NCBI GenBank assembly: GCA_043228905.1
Contig: JBHGNT010000008.1
Span: 19,406,001-19,470,000, forward strand
Source: Azolla caroliniana
Lineage: Eukaryota; Plantae; Polypodiophyta
DNA: 64,000 nt
Direction of reading: 5' to 3'
Below are positions 26,765 through 40,406 of this stretch, piece after piece (positions within the stretch are counted from its first letter, which is position 1; every line of letters begins with the position of its first letter). The translations under genes and the position numbers were made by a program. Under the pieces are notes generated by a model that was not told where the DNA came from, did no database searches, and was given only the letters and a program-made list of their open reading frames with translations.

Positions 26765-28028
26765 TGTCACGAAGTTTCGTGCGCGAGTGTTACTTGGGTG
26801 GGACCACGAGGGTCTTGGACTAGAGAGTACTCAAGGGATAAATAATTATTTATTTATTTATTTTAAATCTTATAAATATAAAGCACTCTTTGAACCCATT
26901 CGTAGAGTGAGGATTCGTAGAGTGGGACCACGGGGGTCTTGGACTAGGCAGTACTCAAGGGATAAATAAATAATTATTTATTTATTTTAAATCTTATAAA
27001 TATAAAGCACTCTTCGAACCCACTCTACGAATCCTCACTCTACGAATCCTACGAATTCTCACTCTACGACTCCTCACTCTAAGGATCTTCACTCTACGAA
27101 TCTTCACTCTACGAATCCTCACTCTACGAATCTTCACTCTACGAACTCTCTCTACGAATCCTCTCTGCGAACCCACTCTACAAATCTTCACTCTACGGCC
27201 GGCCAAAGGAGTAAATACGTGTTCGATTCCAACGCAAGAGGCCCCTTTATAAATAGGGTTTGATTACAATATCAACTTCTAGCTAACCACCGGCTCAATC
27301 AAAACATAAATACTAAATTCCCTTAGAGACAAGAGCAAAACCGACCACGGCGAAGATGAACACACGAGCATTACCAAAATGCCAACCCCAACGAACCACG
27401 ACCACCTGAACGGCGAGCACACGGGCTCGCAACGACGAACAGGGCGAAGCAACGTCGAACCAACGAAGCTTGGGCTCATGAGCACTCCGAGTGCTAGCTC
27501 GAAGAAGACAAGCACGTGGCGATGAGGGGATGAAGGGGTATGAAGAGATGAAGAGAAGTGGTGAAGAAGAAGATGAAGAGCTCCGAAGGAAAAATGGCGA
27601 TAGTCTCCTCCTCCCAAAACGTCCTCCCAAATGAGCCCCCCTTGATCTCCTTTTATAGGAAAAAGGGAAGGGGGGGCGCCAAAGGAATAAAATTCCTTAA
27701 ATCACGCTGCACTGTAAGACTAGATTTGAACCATGCAACTCTAACTAGAAGTCAATGTAACTATCCACTAGCCCATTAACTCTCTCTTATATAATATATG
27801 ATTCTATCTCTATAAATTCATAGTCTGTCTCCCCTCTACCTTTTATCTCTCCTCTCTCTTAATTTTTACACGAGCTTCCATGCATCCTTTCCACCCTTTC
27901 CTTTCCCTTTTCTTTTTCATGTGCACAATTAATTGCCTTTGTGTGCACACACATTGCACATGCACATTTTCACCCCCCCCCCCCCTTTTGCTGGTTTTTC
28001 CCACTCTCGAGCACGCCACATCACGACA
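26765..28028. mobile_element. Solo LTR (TGTCACG...CACGACA) with 4-bp TSD and an internal short tandem array
   Basis: Flanks CCGT/CCAT. Interrupts the chromovirus between gag and protease. Contains ctctacgaatcYtca repeats at ~27020-27200. Homologous to 47729-50151. Confidence 0.85.
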
Positions 28029-29362
28029 CCATTTGGTTGGATAGCCCTAGATCTGTACAGCCCATTAGTGGTTCCATTCCCTCCAAGCAAGTTAGCAATG
28101 TGTTGTTAGCCCAAGCCATGGTTAGTACTAAAAGTACTCCAACAGTACACATCCTAACACTTTTAGATTTCGGAGCCAATTCTTGTTTCATGGATCGAAA
28201 TTTTGCCCAAACTTCTCAGATATCCTTAAGAAAACTTCCTTGCCCCGCATCTGTAGTAGTCATTGATAGTTGTCCCATTGCGTTAGGGAATATTGTAGAA
28301 GAGTGAGAACCCATTCAGGTTGTCCTAGGTAGTTTTGTGTGTGTTGTGTCATTTAATATAATTAGTAGTCCAGAGCATCCTATTGTCCTAGAATTACCTT
28401 GGTTTGAATTACATAATCCAGACATAGATTGGAGAGCAAGAGAAGTCCGGTATCGACAACCCTAAGAATCTACTCATCGAGTTTCGACCATTTCACTCCA
28501 TCAATTATGTGAAGAAGGACCAATGTTTCTATTTGCAATATCACTACATCCTTCCAGCAATATTAAGAAGGAATCCTTAGTGTAACTTCCGGGGAAATAT
28601 CATCCTTATGCCAATGTATTTGACAAGGTAAAAGCCGGTACTCTTCCTCATCATCGTCCCTACAATTGTCCCATCGATTTACAACCAGGAATAGAGCCAC
28701 CATGGGGACCAATTTACAACTTGTCACCAACCGAGTTAGAAGTCCTTCGAGCCTACATAGAGGAGAACTTGGCAAGTGGATTTATTCATCATTCGAAATC
28801 TCCGGCCGGTGCACCCATCTTCTTTGTCAAGAAGAAAGATGGATCACTTTGTCTCATCGTTGATTACCGCGGCTTGAATAAGGTCACCATCAGGAATAGG
28901 TATGCACTTCTCTTATATCAAGTCTTTTAGAGTGATTAAATGGTGCCAAGTTTTTTACAAAAATCGATCTACAAGGAGCGTATAACCTCGTGCGGATCCG
29001 ACCGGGAGACGAATGGAAGACCACCTTCCGCACATAGTATGGGCATTTCGAGTATACTGTTATGCCGTTCGGTCTAACCAATGCGCCCACAGTCTTCCAG
29101 CACATGGCAAATGATATATTCAAAGACCTCTTGGATATCTGTTTGATCATCTATCTGGATGATCTATTGATTTATTCGAAGACCCAAGAAGAGCATGATT
29201 CTCATGTACTATTAGTACTAAAACGACTCTGAGAGAATGGTCTTTATGCCAAACTAGAAAAATGTAGCTTTGACTGCAAGCAAGTGGAATTTCTAAGCTA
29301 CGTCATCTCCTCAAAGGGCATCTCCATGGATCCGGCTAAAGTCAAAACTATGCTAGAGTGGC

Positions 29363-32300
29363 TGTAAAGAAGATGAAGGGCAATAGTGGTTGTAATGTAG
29401 CAGAAGATGATTGAGAGTGCGCGTGTGTGTGTGGCAACAGAGGGAGAGAGAGAGAGAGAGCTCTTAAGACAAAGATAGACTAAACTGTGTATTGCATTAA
29501 CAAAAGCATCCACATAAGAACATCCAACAGTAACTAAGTTACAAGGGGTTGGTTTAAATACCAACTAAGCTAGGGCAAGTGCACTTTCTACAATTTACAA
29601 AACTAGCCTGGTATGTCCATGAGCTAGTGTGAAACCTATCTATGGGAAGTTGAGTTCGATTCTCAACACACCCCTTCGAACACAACTTCCATCTGTCGAA
29701 AAGTTGTTAAGTTGTTTCGGTCTTCGGAGTACTTCGATTTAAGGAATTGGATTCCGGCTTTATTGCTTTACACTTCTTATTGCTTTAGTCTATCCGTGCT
29801 GCGTATACTGTGTACTCCCCCTCAAGCTCGGCAATGTAGATGTCGTGAGACCAAGGTCCGATGCAAATCGCCCGAGCTTGTCGACGCCTGGAGCTTTTGT
29901 AAAAATATCAGCAACCTCGAGGTGCGTACTAATGTGTTGTAGGTCAATCTCTCCGGTCTGTACACGCTCGCGGATGAAGTGGTAGTGCACTTCGATATGC
30001 TTAGTCTGCGTCTGTGTACCCTTCAAGTCAAATGATCGCATTTGTCTTGTACATAATGCCGCAGTCCATTGTCGTAATGACATATCGAAGTATCCTCTTA
30101 GCGCAGTCCAGATGAAGATTTCGCGGATTCTACATAAACTAGCTAAGTAGGCCAACCGAATAACTGAGGTCGGGTCGCGTAATGGTCAAATAGATCAAAC
30201 TACCGATCAGTTGTCGATACTGAGTCGGGTCACTCTCAGCGGTTCCGGAATTGGCATCAATCTTGAGATTATGATTAAGAGGGGTAGACACAGGCTTGCA
30301 CTCGGTCATTCTGAACTTGTAGAGTAAGTTGAGAATGTAGTGTCGTTGAGAGATCATTATTCCGATTGGTGTCCGAATTACTTCAATACCTAGGAAGTAA
30401 TGGAGCTCGTGTAAGTCTTTCATTTTGAATCTGCCGGAAAGAAGTGATTTGCCTTTGTTAATCTTGGCGAGATCCTTTCCTCCGATGACCAAATCATCCA
30501 CGTACAGGATGATGATGATCAGGCTATTCGACTCATTTCAAATGTACAGAGAAGTATCGGATTTTGACATTCGAAATCCGATCTGATGAAGATATTACGT
30601 ATTTTGGTGCTTGTTTGAGGCCATAAAGTGGTTTCTTATGTCGACATACATCGTGCGGATAGTTACACGATTCAAATCCGGGTGGTTGAATCATATACAC
30701 TTCCTCTTCTAATTCTCCTTGGAGGGAGGCGTTTTTCACGTCCATCTGGTGGAGGTGCCACCCTTTCGCCGCTGCCAAGGCAATTACGGTCCGTACAGTG
30801 GTAATCTTTGCCACCAGGGCAAAGGTCTCTTCGTAGTCTACGCCATGGGTTTGTGTGTATCCTTTCGCAACAAGACGTGCTTTGAAGCGATTTACAGAGC
30901 TGTTGGCATTGTGCTTCACCTTGTAAATCCATCTGCAACCAATTGCTTTCTTGTTCGGCGGGTGAGGGATGAGATCCCATGTCTCGCTTTTGCATAGCGC
31001 TTCCATTTCCTCATTCATCGCGTTGACCCATCTTGGATCCTTTACGGCTTCGGAAGGCGTTTCCGGCTCCCGTACTATTGCTACCTTCATCATAAAAGCG
31101 TAATGATACGCCATGTACTCATTGTAGCCATAACGGCTTACGGGGTTCTTCTCTCGGGGACCGGCGTAACTTTTCGTTCACGGATTCTAAAGCTTTCTTC
31201 ACGCCGTCTGTTTGGGTGTCAAGGTGTTCGAACTCACTATCAAGGGAGTGGGTCGATTCGAATTCGAACTTATCTTCATATTCCCGCATTTTCGCCTTCC
31301 CTTTGTCTAGCTTTGGACTTGGCTGAGAAGTACTTTGATCGCTCGACGGTTCTGATGGCCCACTCAGCCGTGTCGAAATTGGGTTGTCTTCGGACATCTA
31401 TGTGAGCCGATCCTCAACTTCTATTTCTATTTCGGCATCGAGCGGAATTGGAGTCGAAGTATTCTCTGGTGCGTACCAGGATGCGTACTCGTCGAAGACT
31501 ATGTCTCGACTTGTTCGAACTTTTCGGGTAGATAGGTTGTAGCATTTGTACCCCTTCTGTTCGAGCTAGTATCCCACAAGGATACACTTCTCCGACTTCG
31601 GACCAAGCTTTTGTCGCGTATCGTCGGGAATATGTACGTAGGTGATAGAGCTGAAAATGCGGACATGTGACAAGTCCGGCTTCTTTTCGAAGAACTTCTC
31701 ATGAGGAATTATATCATGTACTCCCGAGGTCGTGCACCTATTCATGAGGTGTATGGCCGTGTTTTCCGCTTCTGCCTAGTACGATTTTGGCAAGTTCTTT
31801 TCATTCATCATAGCCCGTGCGACTTCTACTATGTGTCGGTTCTTGCGCTCAACTACGCAGTTTTGCTGAGGTGTATGTCGGCACGAGAATTCTCGTCGGA
31901 TTCCTTCCTTTCAGTGATATGCCGTAAACTCATCCGAAAAGTATTCTTTGCTTCCATCCGATCGAAGGCAGCGTACATGCCGATCCGTAGCTTTTTCGAC
32001 TTCGGCTTTGAATCTCTGGAAGTATCCGAACACTTCGCTCTTTTGTTCATCTGGTAGATCCATGTATTCCTAGAGAAGTCGTCGATGAACGTGACATAAT
32101 AACAACATCCACCGAATGTAGCTATTTGGGCTGGTTCCCATACATCTGAATGTATTACATCCAGGATACCTTTGCTCACATTATGCTCATTAGGGAATGG
32201 GTGACGGCGTTGCTTTGCAAATTGACATGCCTCGCATACGCCCGTAATCTCCTTTGCCATAAAGTTCGGGAGTCCGATTACGACTCCTTTTGATTGCATG

Positions 32301-34133
32301 TTTTGTAGTTTTTGGAGCTTAATGTGTCCGATTCTCTTGTGCCACAGTTTTAAGTTGGTTTAGACTTTCAAGCCCTTTGCGTACATGGCCGACTTTACCT
32401 CGCTCGATTCGAGGATGAACATACGACCTTCTCGTCGGTCGTGAGCTACGTCTTGATCTCCTTTTTTGATGAAGCACTCGTCATTATTGAAGTGTACTTG
32501 CATTCCTTGTTCGACAATTCAGCCGACTGAAACCAGGTTTTTCGTAATGGTGGGCACATGTAGTACGTTCCAGAGGTAGGTTTGTTTTCCGTCATTTCCG
32601 AATGGGATGTTCCCGATGTGCTATATTGGATGCGTCGTGTCATCACCTGTTTCGACATATCCGGGACGTTCGGGCTTCCTTAGTTCCCGAAACCAATCTT
32701 CATGGGACGTCATGTGATTGGATGCTCTCGAGTCGACAAACCATACACTATTCAGAGTGGAGGTGCTAGTTGACGCAAGTGCGGACATCAAGTGCGCTTC
32801 GTGCTTCATTATGAACATTCCTCCACGGTCGTCGTAGTCCGAGTTTGTGGCGTAATTTGTCAGTTGTCGGCCTGCTTCACACTTCTTCTTCCGGCACTCC
32901 TCTTCGTAGTGGCCGGGTTTTCCACAGTATCCACACTCAACTGGGTTTCTACGATTGCTTGGTACGACGTGATGACTCCCCCTTACGCCGAACTCTCTGG
33001 GATTGCTTCTGTCCGCTTGCCATTGGTGGGAGTTACGATCTTGATTGTGTCGACCTTGACCGTATTGGCCTGTCCTACCGCGACTGTGTCCTCTTCCTCC
33101 ATCGAAGTTCGAATATAGCATATGTCCTTCGTGTGTGTTGTTCCTTTGACGTACGTGATTCTCTTCGACCAGCAATAACGATTGGAGATCAAAAAAGGAG
33201 GGAGGATTCTCTCTCTCGAGAACGACCGATCTTATTGTGCTAAATTGTGGTGCCAAGCCACCGAGACATATCTACACCATTTCTTCGTCGTCAATGCTAA
33301 CATTGATCGATCCGAGGGCATCGCACAACTCCTTGATCTTCAAGGTGTAGTTGTCGATTGACATATCCCTCTGTTGAATGCCATTCAGCTCCTGACGAAG
33401 CTGGAGCTTATGAGCCGCCGTATTGGCTGCAAAGATTTTCTTGAGGTTTTCCCACGCCTGCTTCAGCGTTTTTGCCTCTCTAACATATCCAAGCATATGA
33501 TCATATACGCATGATGCCAGATAGTACAACACACGGCTTGCGGCCTGCTCCCAAGTGGGATAGTCGACGTGTGTTGGGTTAGGTTGTGATTAATGAGCTC
33601 CCTCAATGTAGCTCCAGTAGCCTTGTTCGACAAGGTATTGATGCATCTTGTATTCCCAAGATGCAAAGTTCGTTCTATCGAGCTTCTTGGTAGGAAGAGC
33701 GCTTCCCATCTGAGTGTTCATTATGTCGATTTCTTCTCTTTTGATTAGCCGGTTCTGTTAATCATCAACGTGCAACACAACACAATCGAATAGGCTTGAT
33801 CAGATAACCACACGCTCTAATACCATGTAAAGAAGATGAAGGGCAAGAGTGGTTGTAATGTAGCAGAAGATGATTGAGAGAGAGAGCGAGTGTGTGTAGC
33901 AACAGAGGAAGAGAGAGAGAGAGAGCTCTTAAGACAAAGATAGACTAAACTATGTATTGCATTAACAAAAGCATCCACATAAGAACATCCAACAGTAACT
34001 AAGTTACAAGGGGTTGGTTTAAATACCAACTGAGCTAGGACAAGTGCCCTTTCTACTATTTACAAAACTAGCCTGGTATGTCCATGAGCTAGTGTGAAAC
34101 CTATCTATGGGAAGTTGAGTTCAATTCTCAACA
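29363..34133 (-). mobile_element. Two-LTR Ty1/Copia retrotransposon (pseudogenised)
   Basis: LTRs 29363-29668 and 33826-34133 (roughly 96% alike by eye), TSD GTGGC, minus-strand PBS TGGTATTAGAGC at 33814-33825. Gag CCHC (CGYCGKPGHYEEEC), protease WFVDSRASNHMT, integrase (HSDVW, VTFIDDFSR), RT (KARLVAKGY, QMDVKNA, YVDD) and an RNase H tail (TKHIEVHYHFIRE). Confidence 0.95.
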
Positions 34134-34588
34134 GTGGCAAACTCCACGTTCGTTACGAGATCAAACGTTGGAACAATACCAGGCGGAACGAACAAATCAA
34201 ACGCTGGAACAATACTTCCAGTGTTTTCTGAGTTATGAGCACAACGATTGGGCTGATATTCTCCACTTTGTGGAGTTTTCTTATAATAACGCTATTCACT
34301 CCTCGACCTGGGTCTCCCCATTTTACTCTTATATTGGTTCTCATCCTCGTTGGTCTGTGATCGACACCCCGGAGCTACCTACTAATCCTCGTGTCGAGGA
34401 TCATTTGGAGAGGCTACACAAGATCCAGATGGATCTCTCTACTCATCTTCGTCATGCTCAACACACACAGAAGACTTATGTGGATCGTCATCGGCTTCCC
34501 TCCTCTTTGGCCATTGGAGGTCGAGTATGGCTCTTACGTCGTCACATCAAGATTACTCGACCGTGCGACAAGTTGGATTATTGATGAC

Positions 34589-34624
34589 AACACGTTCGCG
34601 TTCACAAGTGGAAGGATTGCGCAT
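34589..34624 (+). repeat. Left terminal inverted repeat
   Basis: AACACGTTCGCGTTCACAAGTGGAAGGATTGCGCAT. Confidence 0.93.
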
Positions 34625-37389
34625 TCCACTTGTAGAATCTTCTTAAAACAAAGCAAATACACCCTCTCTACAAAAATTGGATGCACTAGTATCACATGTT
34701 CCTCAACTTGATGAGAATTTGCAAATATAAAAATACATGATAGATCTACGAGTGGAGATCATTAGAAATCATGCAAGTTTAGACACATTGATAAGTTAAT
34801 GTAGGCATAATAAAGTTCAACTATGGCTCAATATGTCACTACTGTGCGACAAGGGAAACACTAACTTAAAGACTTATATTAATTAGGTAAGTTTTACAAA
34901 AATATCAGGTGTACTTGTATCCATACTAATAAAATGAGTTATAATTTATACTTTGACCCATACGTGCATATATGTAATTGTGGAAAATGTAGGATAGTGC
35001 ACATTAGGATAAGTGATTGGAATAACTAACTTATTAAAGTATTCAATACTTGTATTTAAAGTTGATCTAATCTATTCCTCAGTTTGTTCATATGGGATCA
35101 AACCATATGTATATAATTCTGGACAATGTAAGGCAGTGAACTTTAGGATAATGTCGTGGAAATAACAAACCTATTAGGCTTTCATACCTGTATTTAAAAT
35201 TGATCTACTCTATTGCTTAGGTGATTCACACAGGATCAAACTCCGAACGATAACGCAACTGGAACCATTGTCAACACACTACACAATCTAAGCAGCAATG
35301 GAATAGAAACATAATAGTTTTAACAATAGAAGACAAAGATCCATAATAACAACATGGACAGTCATGGCAACAATTATAGGGCCATGTTCTGTTAAGGTTA
35401 GCTTGGACCAAAATCAGCCTCAATTTAAACTAATTCATGTTTCTCCATAAATTTGGTAGTCAGCTATGCACGCGGTGAAACCAATGTCATAAATCTACTA
35501 ACCAAGTATATAAAAATAAAATTGAAACATATAGAAGATTATAAAGAATAGAATTCACTAGGTAAAACCCAAAATTTGTATTAATAATGTGAAATCCTAA
35601 CAAATCGTCAGTGTCATTTTCTTCATAGAGTCTATTACATAGCAATCAATTCATCAACGTCATTTTCTTCATCATCTTGTGTAGAACTCTCTTTGGCTAT
35701 ACGTGCATTGGTTTCCCCTGTTAGCCGAGCCAACGAAATATCTTCTATAAGCTCATCATCAAGCCCTATTAGCTCCCCCGGTTCGCCGGCTAACGGAGGA
35801 ATAGGCTCTCGCGAAGCAGGTTGAAACCTTTCTGTATTAGCGAGGTTCTTTGCACCGACCTCCTCATCCTGGTCTGGGCACTCCCACAAAGCCTTAATCC
35901 GCATATTAATAAATATAACTTGGTCCTCGTCCTTCTCCAATGCAACTGTATTTCTAAAAAGCTTCAATGCACATGCAGACGTCGTTCCTGTGATGTAAGT
36001 AACAAGAAGATTTAGTTGTCAAACGAAAAAAAAAGGGATTGGTTATCTCAAGATCGTTACCCTAGTTCGAGGAATACCTGTGCCAGAAAAGAGATCTAAT
36101 ATCCAGTCTCCTTCGACAGAAAACATCTCGATCAAGCGCATCATCAGTCGTTGAGGTTTTTGGTATGGTTTAACAAGTCCCCGTTTTGTCGTGGTGACAT
36201 GTCGCAATTTCCGTGTCATTGTTGGATATACCAACAGATTTGAACCTCCCACTTCATTAGAATGCTCCTTGATTCTCTGTTTCTTAATTTCATCGAAGTA
36301 GCCAACCGTTATGTATTCAATGGCATTAACGAACCGAAAAGTTGGCCCTCTATTTACATTGGTCTTGATCCTATAAAAAATAATACATCGAGTTAAGAAT
36401 AGATTGAACAACCTTAAGAAATGCAATATAGTGAAAGACACCTATAAATAATCCTTACCATGCAAGGTTCTCGATTGCATGGCAACGAGATCTCAAAGCT
36501 TGAGCTACCGAGTACCCTTGGTCCATACTATGAAAGACAACTATTCGCCACAAGGATGCAATCGTTAGCTCAGCGAAATCCTTGACCATCTTCTCCAATT
36601 GTTTAAACCTAAACGGTTCATCGTCGTATGATGACCCATCCATTCGAAATCCGTAAGGAATATCCGCAATCATTAGCGTATATTCCTTCTTTGGCACATT
36701 TTGGATCAAGTCGACGACATCACCGCAAACCACATTGTAGTAAAGATCTCTCGTAATATCTTTTTTGTGGCTAAATTTTTTAAAGGAGCCATCTTCCTCC
36801 ATTTCGTACGCCTTGACTAAGCGACGATCCTTTTCTTTTCTGGCTCGCTCGAGATGTGCAAGGAAGGATGTAGGGAAATCGTGTATATCCTTAACTTCTC
36901 CTTGTTTCTTGCCTCGACACGGTTTCTAATAGAAGCAATAGGACATCAGGTATTATTATACAAGCTCTACATATGATGAAAGGGTAATGAAAAACCATCA
37001 ATACTAACCCAATCCTTGAATGCAATAAAATACTCTGATAACGCCTTATATGAAGACGTTAGAGGATAATCCTCGGTCACTTGTTCCTACGTTATACATC
37101 CAAGTTGTTTCATCATAACTTCTTGGATCTTCATGTACACCTTATGATTGTAAAATTAGAAATCAAGATTAGAACTTTGAATTACACCAGATAGACTACA
37201 ATTTCAGTATTTGAAAGACTTAGTTATTGAACTCAGTGACCATTTCTTCAAGGCTTAAATCTTTCACCACAACCCTTGACAAAATAGACACAAGAAGCTG
37301 CTCATCCTTAATACCTTGCATCGCTCTCCACAGAGACAACTTCATGTCGTCTGCCGCTTCTTCAATTGTCAAGTCAATTTTCTTGGCGG

Positions 37390-38073
37390 TGTCGTGAAGA
37401 TTTTCGTCCACAAGCGGAAACCCGAGCAACGAGAGCCAAAGAGCGATGTGCAACGTTGCACACGTACATAATGTATTTGTAATAGTAATAAAGGTATAAA
37501 GGTGATGTGGTTGTACGCACATCCACGCGAGAGAGAGAGAGAGAGGTACTATGCGGTACATAGGTACCTAGTTGTTTGTGAGGGGGTGGGAGTTAAGGGG
37601 CCATCAATCTCACCCTCCCCCAAATCAAGGCAAATATCCCCTTTGAATGAAAGGGGATATTTTAGTCTCACTTTTGTAAACGGTCTTCCCTCCTTGTGCT
37701 ATAAAAGGAGAGAGAAGGCACCATTGTGGGGGTTGCCTATTTTGAGTGTGCGAGGTATACCACATAGGTCGAGCGTTAGGGTTCGGTTAGGGTTTTCTTC
37801 TTGGGTTTTCCTTTAGGGTTTTCTTATAGTCGTTTGGTGCGGCCATGGCGGCCACCATTGTAAAGCGTTTATGTTTTCTTAAAAGAACTTCTTGTTGAGT
37901 ATCTTGACTCCATCTTCTTCATCTTCTTCTATCATAATGTCATATTCGTTCTCTTCTCCTCTTGAGCTATGAGCTAATCTTCCATTCGTTGTCTTAACCT
38001 TTCTCCTCTTCTCCCTAGTCCAAGACCCCCGTGGTCCCGCCCCTTCCACACGCACGCGCGTAACAACGCGACA
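37390..38073 (+). mobile_element. Solo LTR (TGTCGTG...CGCGACA) inserted in the MTase gene
   Basis: Perfect 4-bp TSD GCGG and TATA (ctataaaagg) at ~37700. Termini are homologous to 57024-57746. Removal rejoins KSQAA-KKIDLTIEE in frame. Confidence 0.9.
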
Positions 38074-38708
38074 GCGGCTTGTGACTTTAACTCTAGTTGA
38101 GGGTCAACCTTACATTTCTTTTGTCGTTGACCCTTTACCTCCTTATTCTCCCACATTGAGAAGATTTGATCTTGTAGGTCCCATACTTCTCCATCTCTAA
38201 ACGCCAATTGAAACCAAGACTCATATTTTTGAAGACCATCAGACTTAACATTATCATCTACCACAATGCCGACTTCATGGAGACATTGACGTCGTAGACC
38301 TGGATGTAACTTCACACCAAACTTTTGTTTCACGTCTAAATACTCGTGGTGGAAGAACCGTATACGCTCAATGGACGACATTTTCTGCCTATAGTCATTA
38401 TCATTATTATGGTCCCATGCCAACAGCTTAGCCTCTTCGGTTGTGAGCCCAACATAAATTTTGCACTCGGCATACTTGAAGAAGAAAGTCGTTGGATGTT
38501 CTCTCACAAGTTGCCGACGTGCCTCTGCTGAATGCGATCCACCAATGACAAAATAATTATATTGATCATGCTTTCTAATATCAAAATCTTCAATGGTTTC
38601 ACATTCTTCAGGATCTACCATAACAATAAAAGGCACCACAGTGGCATGAGGATTAATCTTCATTTTTTTCTTGAGATTTTGAACATGCATGCGGTGTGGC
38701 TCTCTAAT

Positions 38709-39018
38709 CTCAAGTGGTCGTCGACCTGTTTTTTCATCAATAGGGGGCCGATGGATGTGTGTTATAGGCAAATTAAACACTTGCCCTTTCCTGACCAGTT
38801 TACGTTGCATTAACTCTCTCCTTATCTTATTCTGCTCGGATGACAAAACACCCGATGCCAGCTCAAGTGGTCGTCGACCTGTTTTTTCATCAATAGGGGG
38901 CCGATGGATGTGTGTTATAGGCAAATTAAACACTTGCCCTTTCCTGACCAGTTTACGTTGCATTAACTCTCTCCTTATCTTATTCTGCTCGGATGACAAA
39001 ACACCCGATGCCAGCTCA
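38709..39018 (-). repeat. Exact in-frame 153-bp (51-aa) tandem duplication in the ParB-MTase exon
   Basis: ELASGVLSSEQNKIRRELMQRKLVRKGQVFNLPITHIHRPPIDEKTGRRPL appears twice, with CTCA microhomology at the junctions. Confidence 0.95.
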
Positions 39019-40051
39019 GCTCCTGGCGTCCCCTTATTATCCTCTTCATTTTCACTTGTTGAATCGGTGTCCGACATTTTGGTTGTCTTCTTCTTTGGTG
39101 GTCTTGACTGGACTTTGGATACCCTTTTCGTGGCCTTCAATGGGGAGGGACTTCATCTCTTAGAGTTACGTGGCCTTGTATATAAGGCCTCAAGGTAACA
39201 ATAAGGTTTTGTGAGCTTTCAAGATCTTTTCTGAACGCTTCTGGCCCACAAGATTCCTTTACTAAAAGGTCTTCTGAAAGGAACACTTTACGTACCCCTT
39301 TGGAGCACTCTATCATTACCAGTATGTTGGCCGAATCTGCATCTTCGTAGTCAAATCGTAGAATACGGCCATACATAAATGGAGTTTCCTTTCCAAGCTG
39401 CCCCTCCCCCTTCTTCTTTGCTGTATACAATACGACTTTTTTCTTTGAGTCGACATATTGCATACACCATTCCTTGTCCATTAGATCACGGTCAGGAAGG
39501 TCTTCACCTCCAGTAGCGGCGACAAGTTTCTTTTGGCTAACATCAATATGTGGCTGAGATTTTGTCTCCTCGTTGAAGAGAAGCTTTTTTCCTCTCTTCA
39601 TGGTCTCAGGAGCTACCTTGGTCTGGGATTCGATTGGAGAACCCTGTATGCGAAGCTTTATTTTCTTCACGGGTCGGTCCGACAGGTTCTCAAACGACCT
39701 ATTTAAGAAAGTATATGCAAAAACATAAGTTAGGTGGTCACGAAGATTAAGGTTGTATATTAAAATATAAATATGAAGATGAAGAACAGTTCTCACTAGC
39801 AGGCGATTAGTGGTGAAGTTAAAATATCAATCATGCATTCAGAGTACATGGTACTAGAAAATATATATCGTAATAAGTAAACAGGGTTTATATTCTTTTA
39901 AAGAGTAGGTATGACTTATATAGATTCCAAACCTATATTGAGGAGAATTTGCTATCGTAAAGGCAATTTGTGGATCATTTTCTACTATTTTAAGCTATAG
40001 TAGGTCATAAAACACCTATAATTAGGGCATGTTTTTTTTTAAAAGTAAGGC

Positions 40052-40406
40052 AAGTCAACATAAAAAAGACTGATTTTGACAGACAATTTGATATCTTTTC
40101 CACACAATAATTAATTGTTACCCCAAAAACACAATTTTTCTCTTTTAGAGCCTTCTTTTATACAGGAACTCGATACGACGTATCGAGTTCCCGTTTAAAA
40201 CCTAAACTTTAAACGGGAACTCGATACGCCGTATCGAGTTCGTTTTTAAAAAGCAAAGAGAGCAAAGGAACTCGATACGGCGTATCGAGTTCCTGTATAA
40301 AAGAAGGCTCTGAAAGAGAAAAATTGTGTTTTTGGGGTAACAATTAATTATTGTGTGGAAAAGATATCAAATTGTCTATCAAAATCAGTCTTTTTTATGT
40401 TGACTT
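40052..40406. repeat. Long inverted repeat (~140-bp arms, ~75-bp loop) in MTase intron 1
   Basis: 40052-40191 is the near-perfect reverse complement of 40267-40406. Confidence 0.92.

Noticed and set aside
26994-27206. Protamine-like (RRVKI)n ORF
   Set aside because: It is the translation of a 15-bp tandem repeat inside an LTR.
34850-35250. Diverged ~140-bp direct repeats downstream of the MTase stop as a separate element
   Set aside because: They are highly degenerate and have no termini; treated as subterminal or 3' sequence of the transposon.
35635-37000. Bacterial contamination or a restriction-modification operon
   Set aside because: The MTase motifs are split by GT-AG introns, the gene is interrupted by a plant LTR, and no endonuclease partner is present.
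37974-38073. C-terminus of the 388-aa ORF (VALLRACVWKGRDHGG...)
   Set aside because: This is read-through into the inserted solo LTR; the true frame resumes beyond the GCGG TSD.
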